Part shown: positions 28,709 through 38,738 of the stretch, piece after piece
How the letters are laid out: every line of letters starts with the position of its first letter
How positions within the stretch are numbered: the first letter of the stretch is position 1
DNA from: Candidatus Lustribacter sp.
GTDB taxonomy: Bacteria > Vulcanimicrobiota > Vulcanimicrobiia > Vulcanimicrobiales > Vulcanimicrobiaceae
DNA: 64,000 nt
Direction: 5' to 3'
NCBI GenBank assembly: GCA_965277805.1
Contig: OZ255842.1
Span: 1,152,001 to 1,216,000, forward strand
Translations under genes and position numbers: made by a program
The notes under the pieces: model-generated
Told to the model about the DNA's origin: nothing
Seen by the model: the letters and a program-made list of their open reading frames with translations, nothing else
The model's database searches: none

Positions 28709-30433
28709 TTAGGGCCAGATGAGGCCGGCGGTGACGACGCGCGTCGTCCCGTCGCGGCGCGTTCCGGCAACGATGCGCGTGTGTGTTCCGAGCGGCACGC
28801 TGACGTCGCCTTCGATGTTGCCGTTGCGCCAGATCGCATCGACGCGCATCACGTTGCCGGCGGTGAGCCAGGTGACGTTGCGGTCGAGGCTCTGCACGCC
28901 CGTCGCGTAGACGCCGCCGCCGTAGGTCGTGCCGCTGTCGTGCGAGATCAGCACCCACGAGCGCACCGCGAGCGACGGCGCGATCTGCCACACCGTTGAG
29001 ACGCCGCTCCCGCCGGTGGTGCCGTACGTCGGCCCGGTGACGGTTTGCCGGAAGGCCATCAGGTCGATGCGGAAGCGATTGTCGTCATCGAAACCGGCGC
29101 CCGCGTCGAGCAACTGCGAGCGGTTGACGGCCGAACCGTAGCCGTATCCGAGCGGCGGCGCGAGCAGCAGATACAGCGGCGTCGTGAGCAACGTGTCCAC
29201 GCTGTCGGCGTGCACCTCGAACGCCGACCCGATGCGCGTCGATGCGGTGAGGATCGGCAGCACCGCGCCGCTCGTCGTGCTCGCGCCACGCAGCGACTCG
29301 CCGTCGTTCGCGGCGGCCAGCGACGCGAAGAGCCGCGTGCGCCCGTCGTCGTGCAGCACTTGCACGTACGCGCGCGCATCGTAGTCCACGCCGCTGCCGT
29401 AGCCGATGAAGTCTGACTGGCGCTGCGCGCGCACGCCGTACGTCAGTTCTCCCGAACGCATGGTGAGCGAGGCGATGCTATCGTTCTCCGGACCGTTGAG
29501 ATCGGTCGAACGCGTCATGCTCAGCGCCGTACTGAAGGTCGATGCCCCCACCGGCACGGCGTACGAGCCGGAAAAACCCGCCGCGCTGACGCCGATGGCG
29601 CTCGCGGAAATCGCGCGCAGATCGAGCGTCCCGCCGCCGGCCGGCAGCGTGCCGTCGAGTACGCCGCGCGTTGCCGCGTACGCGCCGCCGGCCGTGGAGA
29701 ACGCACCGCGCAGATCGTTGCCGCCGCGCAGCACGAGGTCGCCGCCGGCCCCGGCGTCGCCGCGCGCGAATCCGGCCGACTGATCGAGGGTGTCGATCGA
29801 GAACAAGCCGCCGGCGCTGTTGGATGCGTAGGCATTCGCTTGCGACGGATCGGTCTCCGAAATCGTCGAGGCGGCGTGCGCCGGAATGCGTGTGCCGAGA
29901 TCCTCGTCATCGCTCGTGCGGTAGAGCGCGAAACCGTCGCTGACCACGGTGCCTTGCGCGCCGCCGAGGCCGCGATCGCTGATCGCGCCGCCGTTCGCGA
30001 CGACGAACGGCATCAGCGCGGCCATCTTCGAGACGTTGTAGTAGGGCAGCACGAGCGCGTCGGCGGCCGAGATCCCGCGGTCGCGCAAGACTGCGAAGCG
30101 CTTCACCACGGCCACCACCGGAGCGCCGGGCACGCGTGCCACGGTTACGCGCATGCAGTAGGTGCAGCGCACGTCGACGCTCGCGACGTCGCCGGCGGAG
30201 TCCACGGCGAACGTCCCGTCCGCGGCCGTCGTGCCGCTCCCGGCCGGTTTGCCCCCCGGTCCACGCAGGGTCACGGTGCCGCCCTGAACGGGGTAGCCGT
30301 CGGTATCGCGGACCACGCCGACGACTAGGTCGGCTGCAAGAGCAAGCGAGGGTGTGGCCAGCAACATACATGCCGCCAGGCCCAGAGTTTTCAGAATTGT
30401 CTTACGTTCTCGGTGTACGATAGGGGTGTGCAA
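28709..30433 (-). CDS. Carboxypeptidase-regulatory-like domain plus probable beta-barrel outer-membrane protein
   Basis: Signal-like segment ending SLALA; GVVRDTDGYPVQGGTVTL...TAADGTF; plug-like ISDRGL; strand-rich C-terminus; start uncertain. Confidence 0.6.
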   Translation of the reverse strand: MHTPIVHRERKTILKTLGLAACMLLATPSLALAADLVVGVVRDTDGYPVQGGTVTLRGPGGKPAGSGTTAADGTFAVDSAGDVASVDVRCTYCMRVTVARVPGAPVVAVVKRFAVLRDRGISAADALVLPYYNVSKMAALMPFVVANGGAISDRGLGGAQGTVVSDGFALYRTSDDEDLGTRIPAHAASTISETDPSQANAYASNSAGGLFSIDTLDQSAGFARGDAGAGGDLVLRGGNDLRGAFSTAGGAYAATRGVLDGTLPAGGGTLDLRAISASAIGVSAAGFSGSYAVPVGASTFSTALSMTRSTDLNGPENDSIASLTMRSGELTYGVRAQRQSDFIGYGSGVDYDARAYVQVLHDDGRTRLFASLAAANDGESLRGASTTSGAVLPILTASTRIGSAFEVHADSVDTLLTTPLYLLLAPPLGYGYGSAVNRSQLLDAGAGFDDDNRFRIDLMAFRQTVTGPTYGTTGGSGVSTVWQIAPSLAVRSWVLISHDSGTTYGGGVYATGVQSLDRNVTWLTAGNVMRVDAIWRNGNIEGDVSVPLGTHTRIVAGTRRDGTTRVVTAGLIWP

Positions 30434-30670
30434 CGCGTTCTCACGCCGGCAGTCCTGCTTGTTACCGCGCTCCTCACCCTAGGAGCAGCGGCCGGGATCG
30501 CCTATGCCGCCGAGGGTGGTTTCGACGTTGCCACGCTGGTTGAACCGAGCGCGCCGGCCGGTCTGCTGCCCACGATCACGATCGAGGGCCGCAAGGGCTG
30601 GGCGTGCACTGCCGAGCGCAATGCGACGGCCTCGAAACTTCCGGACGCGGCGCTTCCCACCGGCCATTGA
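30428..30670 (+). CDS. Small secreted or membrane hypothetical protein
   Basis: Hydrophobic N-terminus ending AYA; TGATG overlap with the TPR gene. Confidence 0.5.
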   Translation: MQRVLTPAVLLVTALLTLGAAAGIAYAAEGGFDVATLVEPSAPAGLLPTITIEGRKGWACTAERNATASKLPDAALPTGH

Positions 30671-31485
30671 TGTTTCGGATCGCCGCCTGCGCGCTGCTCG
30701 TGACGGCGTTCGCACCGACTATCGTTCTCGCGCAAGCCTATCCGGCGGCGACCCCGGTCGCGCGCACGACCTCGCCGGCGCAGCTCGACGCGCTGGCCCG
30801 CGACCGCGAAGTCGTCGAACGCTTCCGGCGCGGCCTCGATGCCGCCGCAAAGTCTGACTGGAAGACGTCCGCGGCCGAATTCACGCGCGTCGTCGCGCTC
30901 GATCCGGCCGAACCGCGCGGTTCGACCGCACAGTACAACCTCGGTATTGCGCAAGCGCACTTGGGTCAGTTCGCTGCTGCGGAAGCGGCCTTCGGCGAAG
31001 CGCTCAAGCGCGATCCGGGCTTCGCTGCGGCGGCCGCCAATCTCGTCGATACGGCACTGCAGGCCGGCGATCTCGCACTTGCGCGCACCGCCGCCGATCG
31101 CTTCATCGCGATCGCGCCGACGTCGCTGCGCGCACGGTACAGCCGCGGCCTCGTCGCCCTCAAGCAGAACGATCTTGCCTCCGCCCGGGCCGATTTCGCC
31201 GCGCTTTCCGCGGCCGCGCCGTCATACGCGCTCGCGCACTACGATCTCGCCGTCACCGAGGTGCGTTCCGGCGACTACGCTGCGGCGCAAACCGAGTTGA
31301 AGGCGGCGCTGGCGCTGAGCCCCGGGTATGCGCGGGCGCGCTTTGCGCTCGCGACGCTGCTGTTGCGAGCCGACCATCGCGCCGAAGCGAACGCCAACCT
31401 CGCGCGCGTGATTCAGGACGCCGACGATCCCTCACTTCGTGCGCTGGCGCTCAGCCTGCGCGACCGCTTGAATGCCCCGCAATGA
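30670..31485 (+). CDS. Secreted tetratricopeptide-repeat protein
   Basis: Signal peptide; TPR motifs AQYNLG..ALKRDP, ARYSRG, AHYDLA..ALALSP. Confidence 0.85.
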   Translation: MFRIAACALLVTAFAPTIVLAQAYPAATPVARTTSPAQLDALARDREVVERFRRGLDAAAKSDWKTSAAEFTRVVALDPAEPRGSTAQYNLGIAQAHLGQFAAAEAAFGEALKRDPGFAAAAANLVDTALQAGDLALARTAADRFIAIAPTSLRARYSRGLVALKQNDLASARADFAALSAAAPSYALAHYDLAVTEVRSGDYAAAQTELKAALALSPGYARARFALATLLLRADHRAEANANLARVIQDADDPSLRALALSLRDRLNAPQ

Positions 31486-31513
31486 ATCTGCTGCAACCCA
31501 CCCTGGAGGAAAC

Positions 31514-32182
31514 GTGCGCGTCCTGCTGATCGAAGACGATGCGGAGATCGCCGAAGGCGTGCGATCGATACTCGAGCGTCGCAAGTTTGCGGTGCAGGTA
31601 ACGCGCGACGGCGACGAAGGTTTCGAGGCGCTCTCGCACGATCGCTTCGACGTTGCAATCGTCGACATCGGATTGCCCAAACGCGACGGCTTCGCGGTCG
31701 CGCGCCAAGCACGAGCCGCCGGCATTCAGACGCCGATGCTGATGCTCACCGCGCGCGATGCCGTGGAAGACCGCGTGCGCGGACTCGACGCGGGCGCCGA
31801 CGATTATCTGGTCAAGCCGTTCGTCGAAGAAGAATTGCACGCGCGGTTGCGCGCCTTGTTGCGGCGCGGACCGATGCCGGTGCGCGATCGCTTCGCCGTC
31901 GGCGATCTGGTGGTCGATTCGGGCGGGCGGACCTGCGAGGTTGCGGGCAAGCCCGTGCGGCTCGCGGCTACCGAATTCCGGGTCCTCGAGTACCTCGCGG
32001 CGAATGCCGGGATCGTGCTGTCCCGGGATCAGATCCTGGATTTCGTATGGGGAACGTCGTTTGACGGTTCGCGGAATGTCGTTGAGGTCTACGTCAGTGC
32101 GATTCGCCGCAAGCTGCGTGCGGTCGGCGCGGCCGACCGGCTCGTAACGGTGTGGGGAGTCGGCTACAAATTGACCGGGTAG
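31514..32182 (+). CDS. OmpR-family response regulator
   Basis: VLLIEDD, DIGLPKRDG, LTARD, GADDYLVKPF, VEVYVSAIRRKL, TVWGVGY; GGAGG RBS. Confidence 0.95.
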   Translation: MRVLLIEDDAEIAEGVRSILERRKFAVQVTRDGDEGFEALSHDRFDVAIVDIGLPKRDGFAVARQARAAGIQTPMLMLTARDAVEDRVRGLDAGADDYLVKPFVEEELHARLRALLRRGPMPVRDRFAVGDLVVDSGGRTCEVAGKPVRLAATEFRVLEYLAANAGIVLSRDQILDFVWGTSFDGSRNVVEVYVSAIRRKLRAVGAADRLVTVWGVGYKLTG

Positions 32183-33078
32183 TCCTCCGCGTCGCGGCGG
32201 CCTACACGGCCATCGTCGCGATCGTGCTGCTGGCGCTGGGCGCGGCGGCGTTTGCATTTATCGCGCGCGTCGACGCCGACGAACTGCGCCCGATCATCGA
32301 TCTGCCCGAGGGCGCGTACGTGTACCATCACGCGCTGGTCCAAGCAGGACTCGTCATTGCCGGGATCGAGGTGGCGCTGTTGTTCGTGGTGGCGGTTGCC
32401 GCCTACGCGCTGGCGCAGATCTCCACGCGGCCGCTGACCGAAGCACGCGATCGCGAACAGCGCTTTGCGAGCGAAGCCGCGCACGAATTGCGCACGCCGC
32501 TCGCGCGCATCGCCACCACCGCGCAAGGCGCGCAGGGCGGCACGCCCGAGGAAGCGCAGCGCGCGCTCGCCGCCGTCACCAAAATGGCGATCGAGGCATC
32601 GGCGCTGATCGGCGATCTGCTCACGCTCGCGCGGGTCGAGCACGTGCCCTCGGGGTTGTTCGAACCGGTGGACGTGTCGTCGCTCGTGCGCGACGTCGCT
32701 GCCGAGTACGGCGCCGCGCGGCCCGGCGTGCGCATCGCGGTGAACGATGGTGAAGGCACGTTCGTCGACGGCGATGCGCTGCGGCTGCGCCGCCTATTCG
32801 CCAACGTGGTCGACAATGCGGTGCGTCACGCCGGCAGCGGCGTCTTGATCGACATCGCCCAAACCGGCGATCGCGCCGTCATTGCGGTGGAAGACGACGG
32901 CTCCGGCGTGGCGCCCGAACTGCGCGAGAAAATCTTCGAACGCTTCGTCACCACCACCGGCGGCACAGGCCTCGGCCTCCCCATCTGCCGCTGGATCGCC
33001 CGAGCCCACGGCGGCGACATCCACGTAACCACCGGCTCCCGCTTCATCGTCGAGTTACCGCTCCTCCCGATCGATTAG
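32152..33078 (+). CDS. Sensor histidine kinase
   Basis: Two TM segments; H-box AAHELRTPL, N-box NVVDNA, G1 VEDDGSG, G2 GTGLGL; start uncertain. Confidence 0.9.
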   Translation: MGSRLQIDRVVLRVAAAYTAIVAIVLLALGAAAFAFIARVDADELRPIIDLPEGAYVYHHALVQAGLVIAGIEVALLFVVAVAAYALAQISTRPLTEARDREQRFASEAAHELRTPLARIATTAQGAQGGTPEEAQRALAAVTKMAIEASALIGDLLTLARVEHVPSGLFEPVDVSSLVRDVAAEYGAARPGVRIAVNDGEGTFVDGDALRLRRLFANVVDNAVRHAGSGVLIDIAQTGDRAVIAVEDDGSGVAPELREKIFERFVTTTGGTGLGLPICRWIARAHGGDIHVTTGSRFIVELPLLPID

Positions 33079-33201
33079 TACGAAGAAACGGGAGGGGTAG
33101 CAGTAGGAAGAAACGGGAGGGGTTAGAGGATGACGCCTCGGCCCTACTACCATCGGCCGCTCAAGCGAACGCGATTTCTCAAGCAGCGAGCGAATAAAAC
33201 A

Positions 33202-33412
33202 TGTCATTCCGAGCAGCGCCCAAAGGGCGCGTCGACGAGGAACGAGAGAGCATCGTGGCCACCGAGTGCGACCGCGAAGCCGGGAGCAGTGGTTAAATAA
33301 ATACTTTTCCTACACTACTGCTCGCGCCTTCGCGCTCGCGCTCGCACTCGGTCGCAAAGATGGTGGCGGGTCCCTCGCCTACGCACCTAAAGGTGCTCCG
33401 CTCGGGATGACA
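33202..33412. repeat. REP/MITE-like long inverted-repeat element
   Basis: tgtcattccgagc ... gctcgggatgaca terminal arms (1 mismatch), plus nested inner inverted repeat. Confidence 0.75.
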
Positions 33413-33465
33413 CACCGGGGTGCAGCGAGCGAATCAAACCTGTGACGCTGGGGGAGGGGTGCGTG

Positions 33466-34427
33466 TTAGCGGATGCCGCGCCAGTAGGGTTGGGCGTCGG
33501 TTACGATTTGGTGGGTGTCGTAGGGGGTTTTGAGCTGGCCGTATTTGTAGGCGACGTCGAGTTGGGGTTGGAGCAGCGCGTAGGTGAGCGAGTCGCCGAA
33601 GGTTGAGCGTGCGGTGGCTGCGATGCTCGTTGCGTCGGTGCCGAGGAAAGGCGCGAGGATTTTTGCCGTTTCGGCGTGATGGGTGTTTGCCCAGCGTGCA
33701 GCTTCACCATCGCTTGCACGAAGCGGTGGGCGGCATCGGGGTTGGCGGCGACCCACGACTTCGAGGCGGCGAACACGCCGAGGGTGTAGCGCGGGGCGAT
33801 CGCACCGAACGCGTCGGCCAAGAGATCGACGTCCGCCTTTGCTTGGGTGAGGGCGGGCTCGGAAATCATCGCGGCATCGATGCGGCCGGCTTTGAGCGCG
33901 GCCGGCATCTCGGAGTTGGGCAGTTCGACGAAGTGCACGGTTTTCGAGTCGCCGCCGGTTTTGTCGATCCAGGCCGACGCGGCAAGTTGTAGACCGCCGC
34001 CGAGCGTGGTCACGGCGACCGCTTTGCCGGCGAGATCGGCGCCGGTCTTGAGCTTCGAACCTTTCGCTTTGACGAGCGCGTTGTCGACCGGGTTTTTGTC
34101 ATCGAAGATCGCGGCCGGCGCGAGCACGATGATCGGAATCCCGCGCTGCAGCGCCGATGCGGCCGACACGAGGTTGGAGAAGCCCATCTCGAGCGAACCG
34201 CCCGCCACGGCCGCGATGATCGCGCCGCCGCCGTTGAACGACGTCACCGTTGCATCGAGCCCGTACTTCTTGAAGATGCCCGCCGCTTGCGCGTAGACCG
34301 GCAGCGACGTCGCGTCGGCGTAGCCGATGACTGCGACCCGAATCGGCGTCAGCGCCGGCGGCGCGGACTGCGCCAAGGCACCGGCCGGCAGCAGCGCCAG
34401 AAGAACGCTCGCGATGAGCGCGCGCAT
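33466..34427 (-). pseudogene. NMT1/SsuA-family ABC substrate-binding protein, frameshifted near 33705
   Basis: MRALIASVLL...HRFVQAMV continues as EAARWANTH...QLDVAYKYG in another frame; one base missing (or sequencing error). Confidence 0.8.
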
Positions 34428-35419
34428 CAGAGATCCAGCGTGTTCGGCGAGAACATCTCTTCGATGCCGACCTTGCGCTTGAGCAAACCGTCCTCGAAGT
34501 TCGTCTGCAGGATCTCCTCGAGCGCTTTGCGGTTCGCCTTGATGCCGTACGGCATGATGTCTTTGTGCAGCGTCGCCTTCTCGGCGGCGTCGATCAGGCC
34601 CGACTCGTAATACGGTTCGAGCGTCGCGTCGAGCGTGCGCGCATTGCGAGCTTTGACTTCCTGGAACATGCTGTAGAGGTTGAGGATCACCCACGGGTAC
34701 TTCTCGACGATCGAGCGGCGCACGACCACGCAGTGGTTGATCGGATAGATGCCCGTCTTCGCGTAGTAACGTTTGGCCTCGACCTCGGGCGGATCGAAGA
34801 GGTAGCGCACGTTCGGGCTCGAGAGCGGATCGGCGTTGCTGCGATCGATGAGGTTGCGCGCGTTGATCCAGCGGCCGGCATCGAGCTCGCCGTCGATGAG
34901 CATCTGGCCGATGTCTTTCGTTTTCGGAATGTACTGCAAGTCGATGCCCGGCGGCGGTACGAAGCCGGTCGAACCGCCGTGACTCTGGTCGGGATTGCGT
35001 TCCATGTACCAGTGCATACTGCGCGGATCGACGCCGAATTCCGTGCGCAGTGCCTGCCGCGTCCACACCCCCGCTGTCTGCTGAAACTCCGCGATGCCGA
35101 ATTTCTTACCGGCGAGATCGGCGGGTTTCTCGATGCCGCGATCGGTGCGGATCATGATGTTCGTGTGAAAGAACTGGCGCGAGGTAAAGACGGGGATGCC
35201 CACCCATTGCGTCGGGCCTTGCGCCGTCATGATCGAGAGCGATGAGTTCGACATTTCCGAGACGTCGAATTCGGCGTTCTTGAGCTGCCGGAAGAACATC
35301 TCGGAGGGATGGAGCGTCGTCACCTCGAGTTCGATGCCTTCGGCCGCGAATTGCCCCTCGGCAATGCCCTTCGTACGCGGGTTCGCGGAGAGAGCGCAGG
35401 TGAGTTTCAGTTTTGCCAT
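34427..35419 (-). CDS. 4,5-dihydroxyphthalate decarboxylase-like protein
   Basis: EMFFRQL..AEFDVSEMS, IPVFTSRQFFH, DLAGKKFG..EFQQTA, TGIYPINH, PYGIKANR. Confidence 0.8.
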   Translation of the reverse strand: MAKLKLTCALSANPRTKGIAEGQFAAEGIELEVTTLHPSEMFFRQLKNAEFDVSEMSNSSLSIMTAQGPTQWVGIPVFTSRQFFHTNIMIRTDRGIEKPADLAGKKFGIAEFQQTAGVWTRQALRTEFGVDPRSMHWYMERNPDQSHGGSTGFVPPPGIDLQYIPKTKDIGQMLIDGELDAGRWINARNLIDRSNADPLSSPNVRYLFDPPEVEAKRYYAKTGIYPINHCVVVRRSIVEKYPWVILNLYSMFQEVKARNARTLDATLEPYYESGLIDAAEKATLHKDIMPYGIKANRKALEEILQTNFEDGLLKRKVGIEEMFSPNTLDL

Positions 35420-35493
35420 ATCACAAGGCGCGTTGGAGAACGAGGTCCCGTTCCCCTAGTGGATTCACCTCTGGTGAATCCTTCGCGTTCGGC

Positions 35494-36663
35494 CTACGGC
35501 CGAGTCGCCTCGTCAACAAACAGTTGGCGGCCGGCGAACAAGCCGGCGACCAGCGTTGCGGTCGCGATCGTGAGGAGCCACAGCGTCGATTCGAGGCGCG
35601 CGTCGGGCGAACGGTTGACCAGCCCCAAGACCAGCGGCCCCACCGTTGCGATCAGGTAGCCGACGCATTGCGCCATCGACGAAAGACGCGCGGCGTTGTC
35701 GGTCGTGCGCGCGCGGATGACCTGGAACGTCAGGGCCATACCGAACATCGCGCCCATCCCGACACCCAGCAAACCGCAGAAGGTCAGGATCGTCGCCGGC
35801 GGACCGTACAGGATGCCGACGATCATCATCCCGTTCCACGCGGCCGCGGCGGCGGCCAACAGATCTTGCCGGCGGGATCGTGTCAGCAGCACCGGCATGA
35901 CGAGCGCCGCCAAGAATTGCGTGAAGAAGAAGACCGTGAGATCGGTCGCGACGGCGGACAGCGACTGGCCGCGCGCGCCGATCAACGTGCCCATCCATAA
36001 CGAGACCGCGTAGAACGTCGCCGATTGCAAGCCCATGTAGGCCGACACGGCCCACGCCAAACCGTTGCGCCAGAGTCCCATACCGGGTACGTGATCTTGC
36101 GGGCGGAGGTTGTCGACCAGCGGCGGTAGCGCGATCAGCGCTGCGACGAACGCCGGCAATGCCCACACCGCGAGCGTTGGCCGCCAATCACCGAAGTGCG
36201 TGAAGAGCACCGGCGTCAGTGCCACGGCGATCAGCGCGCCGACGGCCAGCATCATCGTGTAGATGCCCATCGCGATGCCGATGTGCGCCGCGAGACGCGC
36301 CTTCACGAGCGTCGGCACGTACACGTTGCCGAGGCCGATGCCGAGACCGAGCACGAGCGCGCCCGTATAGAGCGGCACGTCGCTGCCGGCGCTGCGCAAG
36401 AGCGTTCCCGCGCCGACGAGCAGCAGCGCGAAGACTAACCCGCCGCTCCATCCGAGCCAGCGGCCGACTTGCACCGCGCTGGCCGATGCAAGGCCGAGCG
36501 CGAGGATCGGCAGCGCGGTGAGCATGCCCGAGCCGAGCGGCGAGAGCGCCAGCGACTTCTGCACGGCGGGCAACACGATGCCGAGCGTCAGCAGTGCCGG
36601 GCGCAAGTTCAAGGTTGCCGCAACGATGACGATCGGCAGATACCAGCGGAGCGCGGCTTTCAC
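35494..36663 (-). CDS. MFS transporter, CynX/YeaN-like
   Basis: LNLRP, LTALP, GNVYVPTLVK, YMGLQS, LSSMAQCVGY. Confidence 0.85.
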   Translation of the reverse strand: MKAALRWYLPIVIVAATLNLRPALLTLGIVLPAVQKSLALSPLGSGMLTALPILALGLASASAVQVGRWLGWSGGLVFALLLVGAGTLLRSAGSDVPLYTGALVLGLGIGLGNVYVPTLVKARLAAHIGIAMGIYTMMLAVGALIAVALTPVLFTHFGDWRPTLAVWALPAFVAALIALPPLVDNLRPQDHVPGMGLWRNGLAWAVSAYMGLQSATFYAVSLWMGTLIGARGQSLSAVATDLTVFFFTQFLAALVMPVLLTRSRRQDLLAAAAAAWNGMMIVGILYGPPATILTFCGLLGVGMGAMFGMALTFQVIRARTTDNAARLSSMAQCVGYLIATVGPLVLGLVNRSPDARLESTLWLLTIATATLVAGLFAGRQLFVDEATRP

Positions 36664-37784
36664 GGTTGGCGTAACGCCGCTTGCACCTGCGGTTCACGGT
36701 GATGCGCGAGCCAATCAATCACGCCTTCGCGCGTGACGAAACCGAGAAACAATCCGTCGACGTCGACGACCGGCAGCTGGTGGAAGCCCGTTTTGCCCAT
36801 GATCGCGAGCGCCTCCGCAGCGTCGGCGCCGGGAGCGATCGTGGTGACGTCGTGCTCGCGCTTCATCACGGCGGTGACGTAGGTGTCTTCGAGCGCCGTG
36901 CCGTCGGTGTGGGTGAAGTCACCGAGCGTGACGAGGCCGACGAAGCGTTCGCCGAGCACGACCGGCAGCGCGCGCACGCCTTTACTCAGCATCAGCTTGA
37001 GCGCGGTGTCGGCGTGCGTGTCGGCCGAGAGCGTGGCGGCGGCCGGCACCGCGAGCTGCATCGCGGAGTGGCCGCGCAGTGCGACCTGCAGCCGCGCTTG
37101 CCGCTCCTCGCCTTGCGCCGAGAGCAGCAAGAACCAGCCGATGAACGTGAACCAAAGGCCGCCGCCGAAGCCTTGCACCAGCACGTCGGTGATGCCGTAG
37201 GCGATCGTGGCCCACGCGAAGACAACGCCGATGCGGCCGGCGATGCGCGTGGCGCGCATGCGGTCGTGCGTGATCGCCCATAGGATCGCTTGCAGCACGC
37301 GCCCGCCGTCCATCGGGAAGGCGGGCAGCAGGTTGAACACGCCGACGATCAGGTTGGCGGTGGCGAGATACGCGAGCACCACGCCGGCCGGCTGGGTCAT
37401 GCCGGCCTGCGTTGCGGCGAGCGCGCACAGAAGGGCGAGCACGAGGCTCATCAACGGTCCCGCGAACGCGAGCCACGCGGCCTGCAGCGGCTTCGCGGGC
37501 TCCGCGCTGAGGTTCGACGCGCCGCCGAAGATGAACAGGCGAATTTCCTTCACCGGAATCCCCTGCGAGCGCGCGACCAGCGAATGCGCGAGTTCGTGCA
37601 GCAGAACGCTGGCGAAGAAGAGCAGCGCCGTGACGATCGCGAGCACCGCGCGCACGCCCGCCGTGACGGCGATCGCGTGAAACGGTCCGCTCGAACTTCC
37701 CAGCGCCCACGAGACGATCGCGAAGATGAACAGCCACGACACGTCGACGACAATGCTGACGCCGAAGAGCCGCCCGATGTTCAT
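36660..37784 (-). CDS. Site-2 protease (M50) with tandem CBS domains
   Basis: HELAH zinc motif, FNLLPAFPMDGGR, C-terminal LPVV CBS repeats. Confidence 0.95.
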   Translation of the reverse strand: MNIGRLFGVSIVVDVSWLFIFAIVSWALGSSSGPFHAIAVTAGVRAVLAIVTALLFFASVLLHELAHSLVARSQGIPVKEIRLFIFGGASNLSAEPAKPLQAAWLAFAGPLMSLVLALLCALAATQAGMTQPAGVVLAYLATANLIVGVFNLLPAFPMDGGRVLQAILWAITHDRMRATRIAGRIGVVFAWATIAYGITDVLVQGFGGGLWFTFIGWFLLLSAQGEERQARLQVALRGHSAMQLAVPAAATLSADTHADTALKLMLSKGVRALPVVLGERFVGLVTLGDFTHTDGTALEDTYVTAVMKREHDVTTIAPGADAAEALAIMGKTGFHQLPVVDVDGLFLGFVTREGVIDWLAHHREPQVQAALRQP

Positions 37785-38720
37785 CTAGTGGCGGTACTCG
37801 TTGGGGAGATCGGCCACGATCGGATTGCGCAGCACGCCCAGGCCCGTGATCTCCACTTCCACGACATCGCCGGACTTCATGTGCACGGCGCCCGGGATCG
37901 GGTTCTGACGCACCTGCGCGGCCAAATTGTTGCCCTCGACGTCGTCGGGGGCGGGCGGAATCGCACCGCTTGTGCCCATCGCGATCACGTCGCCCGGCTG
38001 TAGCGTGTAGCCGATCGAGAGATAGTTGATCACTTGCGCGACCGAGAAGAGCATGTCGTCGAGGCCGGACTTCTGACGCACGACGCCGTTGAGGCGCGTG
38101 ATGAGCCCGTGCTTCGCCGGATCGCCGAACTCATCGGCCGTCATCAGCCACGGACCGTAGGAACCCGACTTCTCGAAGTTCTTACCGAGGCCGAACTGCC
38201 GGTTGTGGCGCTGGAATTCGCGCACCGAACCTTCGTTGCACGCGCAGTAGCCGGCAACGTGGTCGAGCGCGCGATCGATCGGGATGTGGCGTCCGCCCTT
38301 GCCGATCACGACGGCGAGTTCCCCTTCATAGTCGAACGCACGCGCGACGTCCGGCGGCGGCGCGACCAGCGGCGCATTCGGCGGAACGAACGACCACGGC
38401 ACGCGCAAGAAGATCTGCGGAAATTTGTCGGACGTCGTGAGCCCGGTTTCCTGAATGTGGTTTTTGAAATTCAGCGCTAAGGCCCAGAAGGCGTGCGGCT
38501 GTTGCAAGAGCATCGCCAGTTCCGCGCCGGCCAGCTGGTGGTTCCCCGACTTGCCCTTCGCGGCAGCGGTCAGTTTCGCGAGACCGTCCTTTTGCGCCAG
38601 CAGCTCGTCGAGCGTGCGCGGCAGCTTCGGATCGAGTTCGTGGACCGCGACAAAGGTGGTGTCGCTCGTGAGCACGCCGAGGCTCGGCGTTCCGCCGTCG
38701 AGATAGGAGATGATACGCAT
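37785..38720 (-). CDS. Fumarylacetoacetate hydrolase family protein
   Basis: FDYEGELAVVIGK, NEGSVREFQ, GKNF, LQPGDVIAMGT. Confidence 0.9.
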   Translation of the reverse strand: MRIISYLDGGTPSLGVLTSDTTFVAVHELDPKLPRTLDELLAQKDGLAKLTAAAKGKSGNHQLAGAELAMLLQQPHAFWALALNFKNHIQETGLTTSDKFPQIFLRVPWSFVPPNAPLVAPPPDVARAFDYEGELAVVIGKGGRHIPIDRALDHVAGYCACNEGSVREFQRHNRQFGLGKNFEKSGSYGPWLMTADEFGDPAKHGLITRLNGVVRQKSGLDDMLFSVAQVINYLSIGYTLQPGDVIAMGTSGAIPPAPDDVEGNNLAAQVRQNPIPGAVHMKSGDVVEVEITGLGVLRNPIVADLPNEYRH

Positions 38721-38738
38721 GGTTGTTCTTGTTTCCGA

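Noticed and set aside
33082-33443. Direct repeats as a possible CRISPR array
   Set aside because: Only two copies of each repeat, irregular spacing, no cas genes
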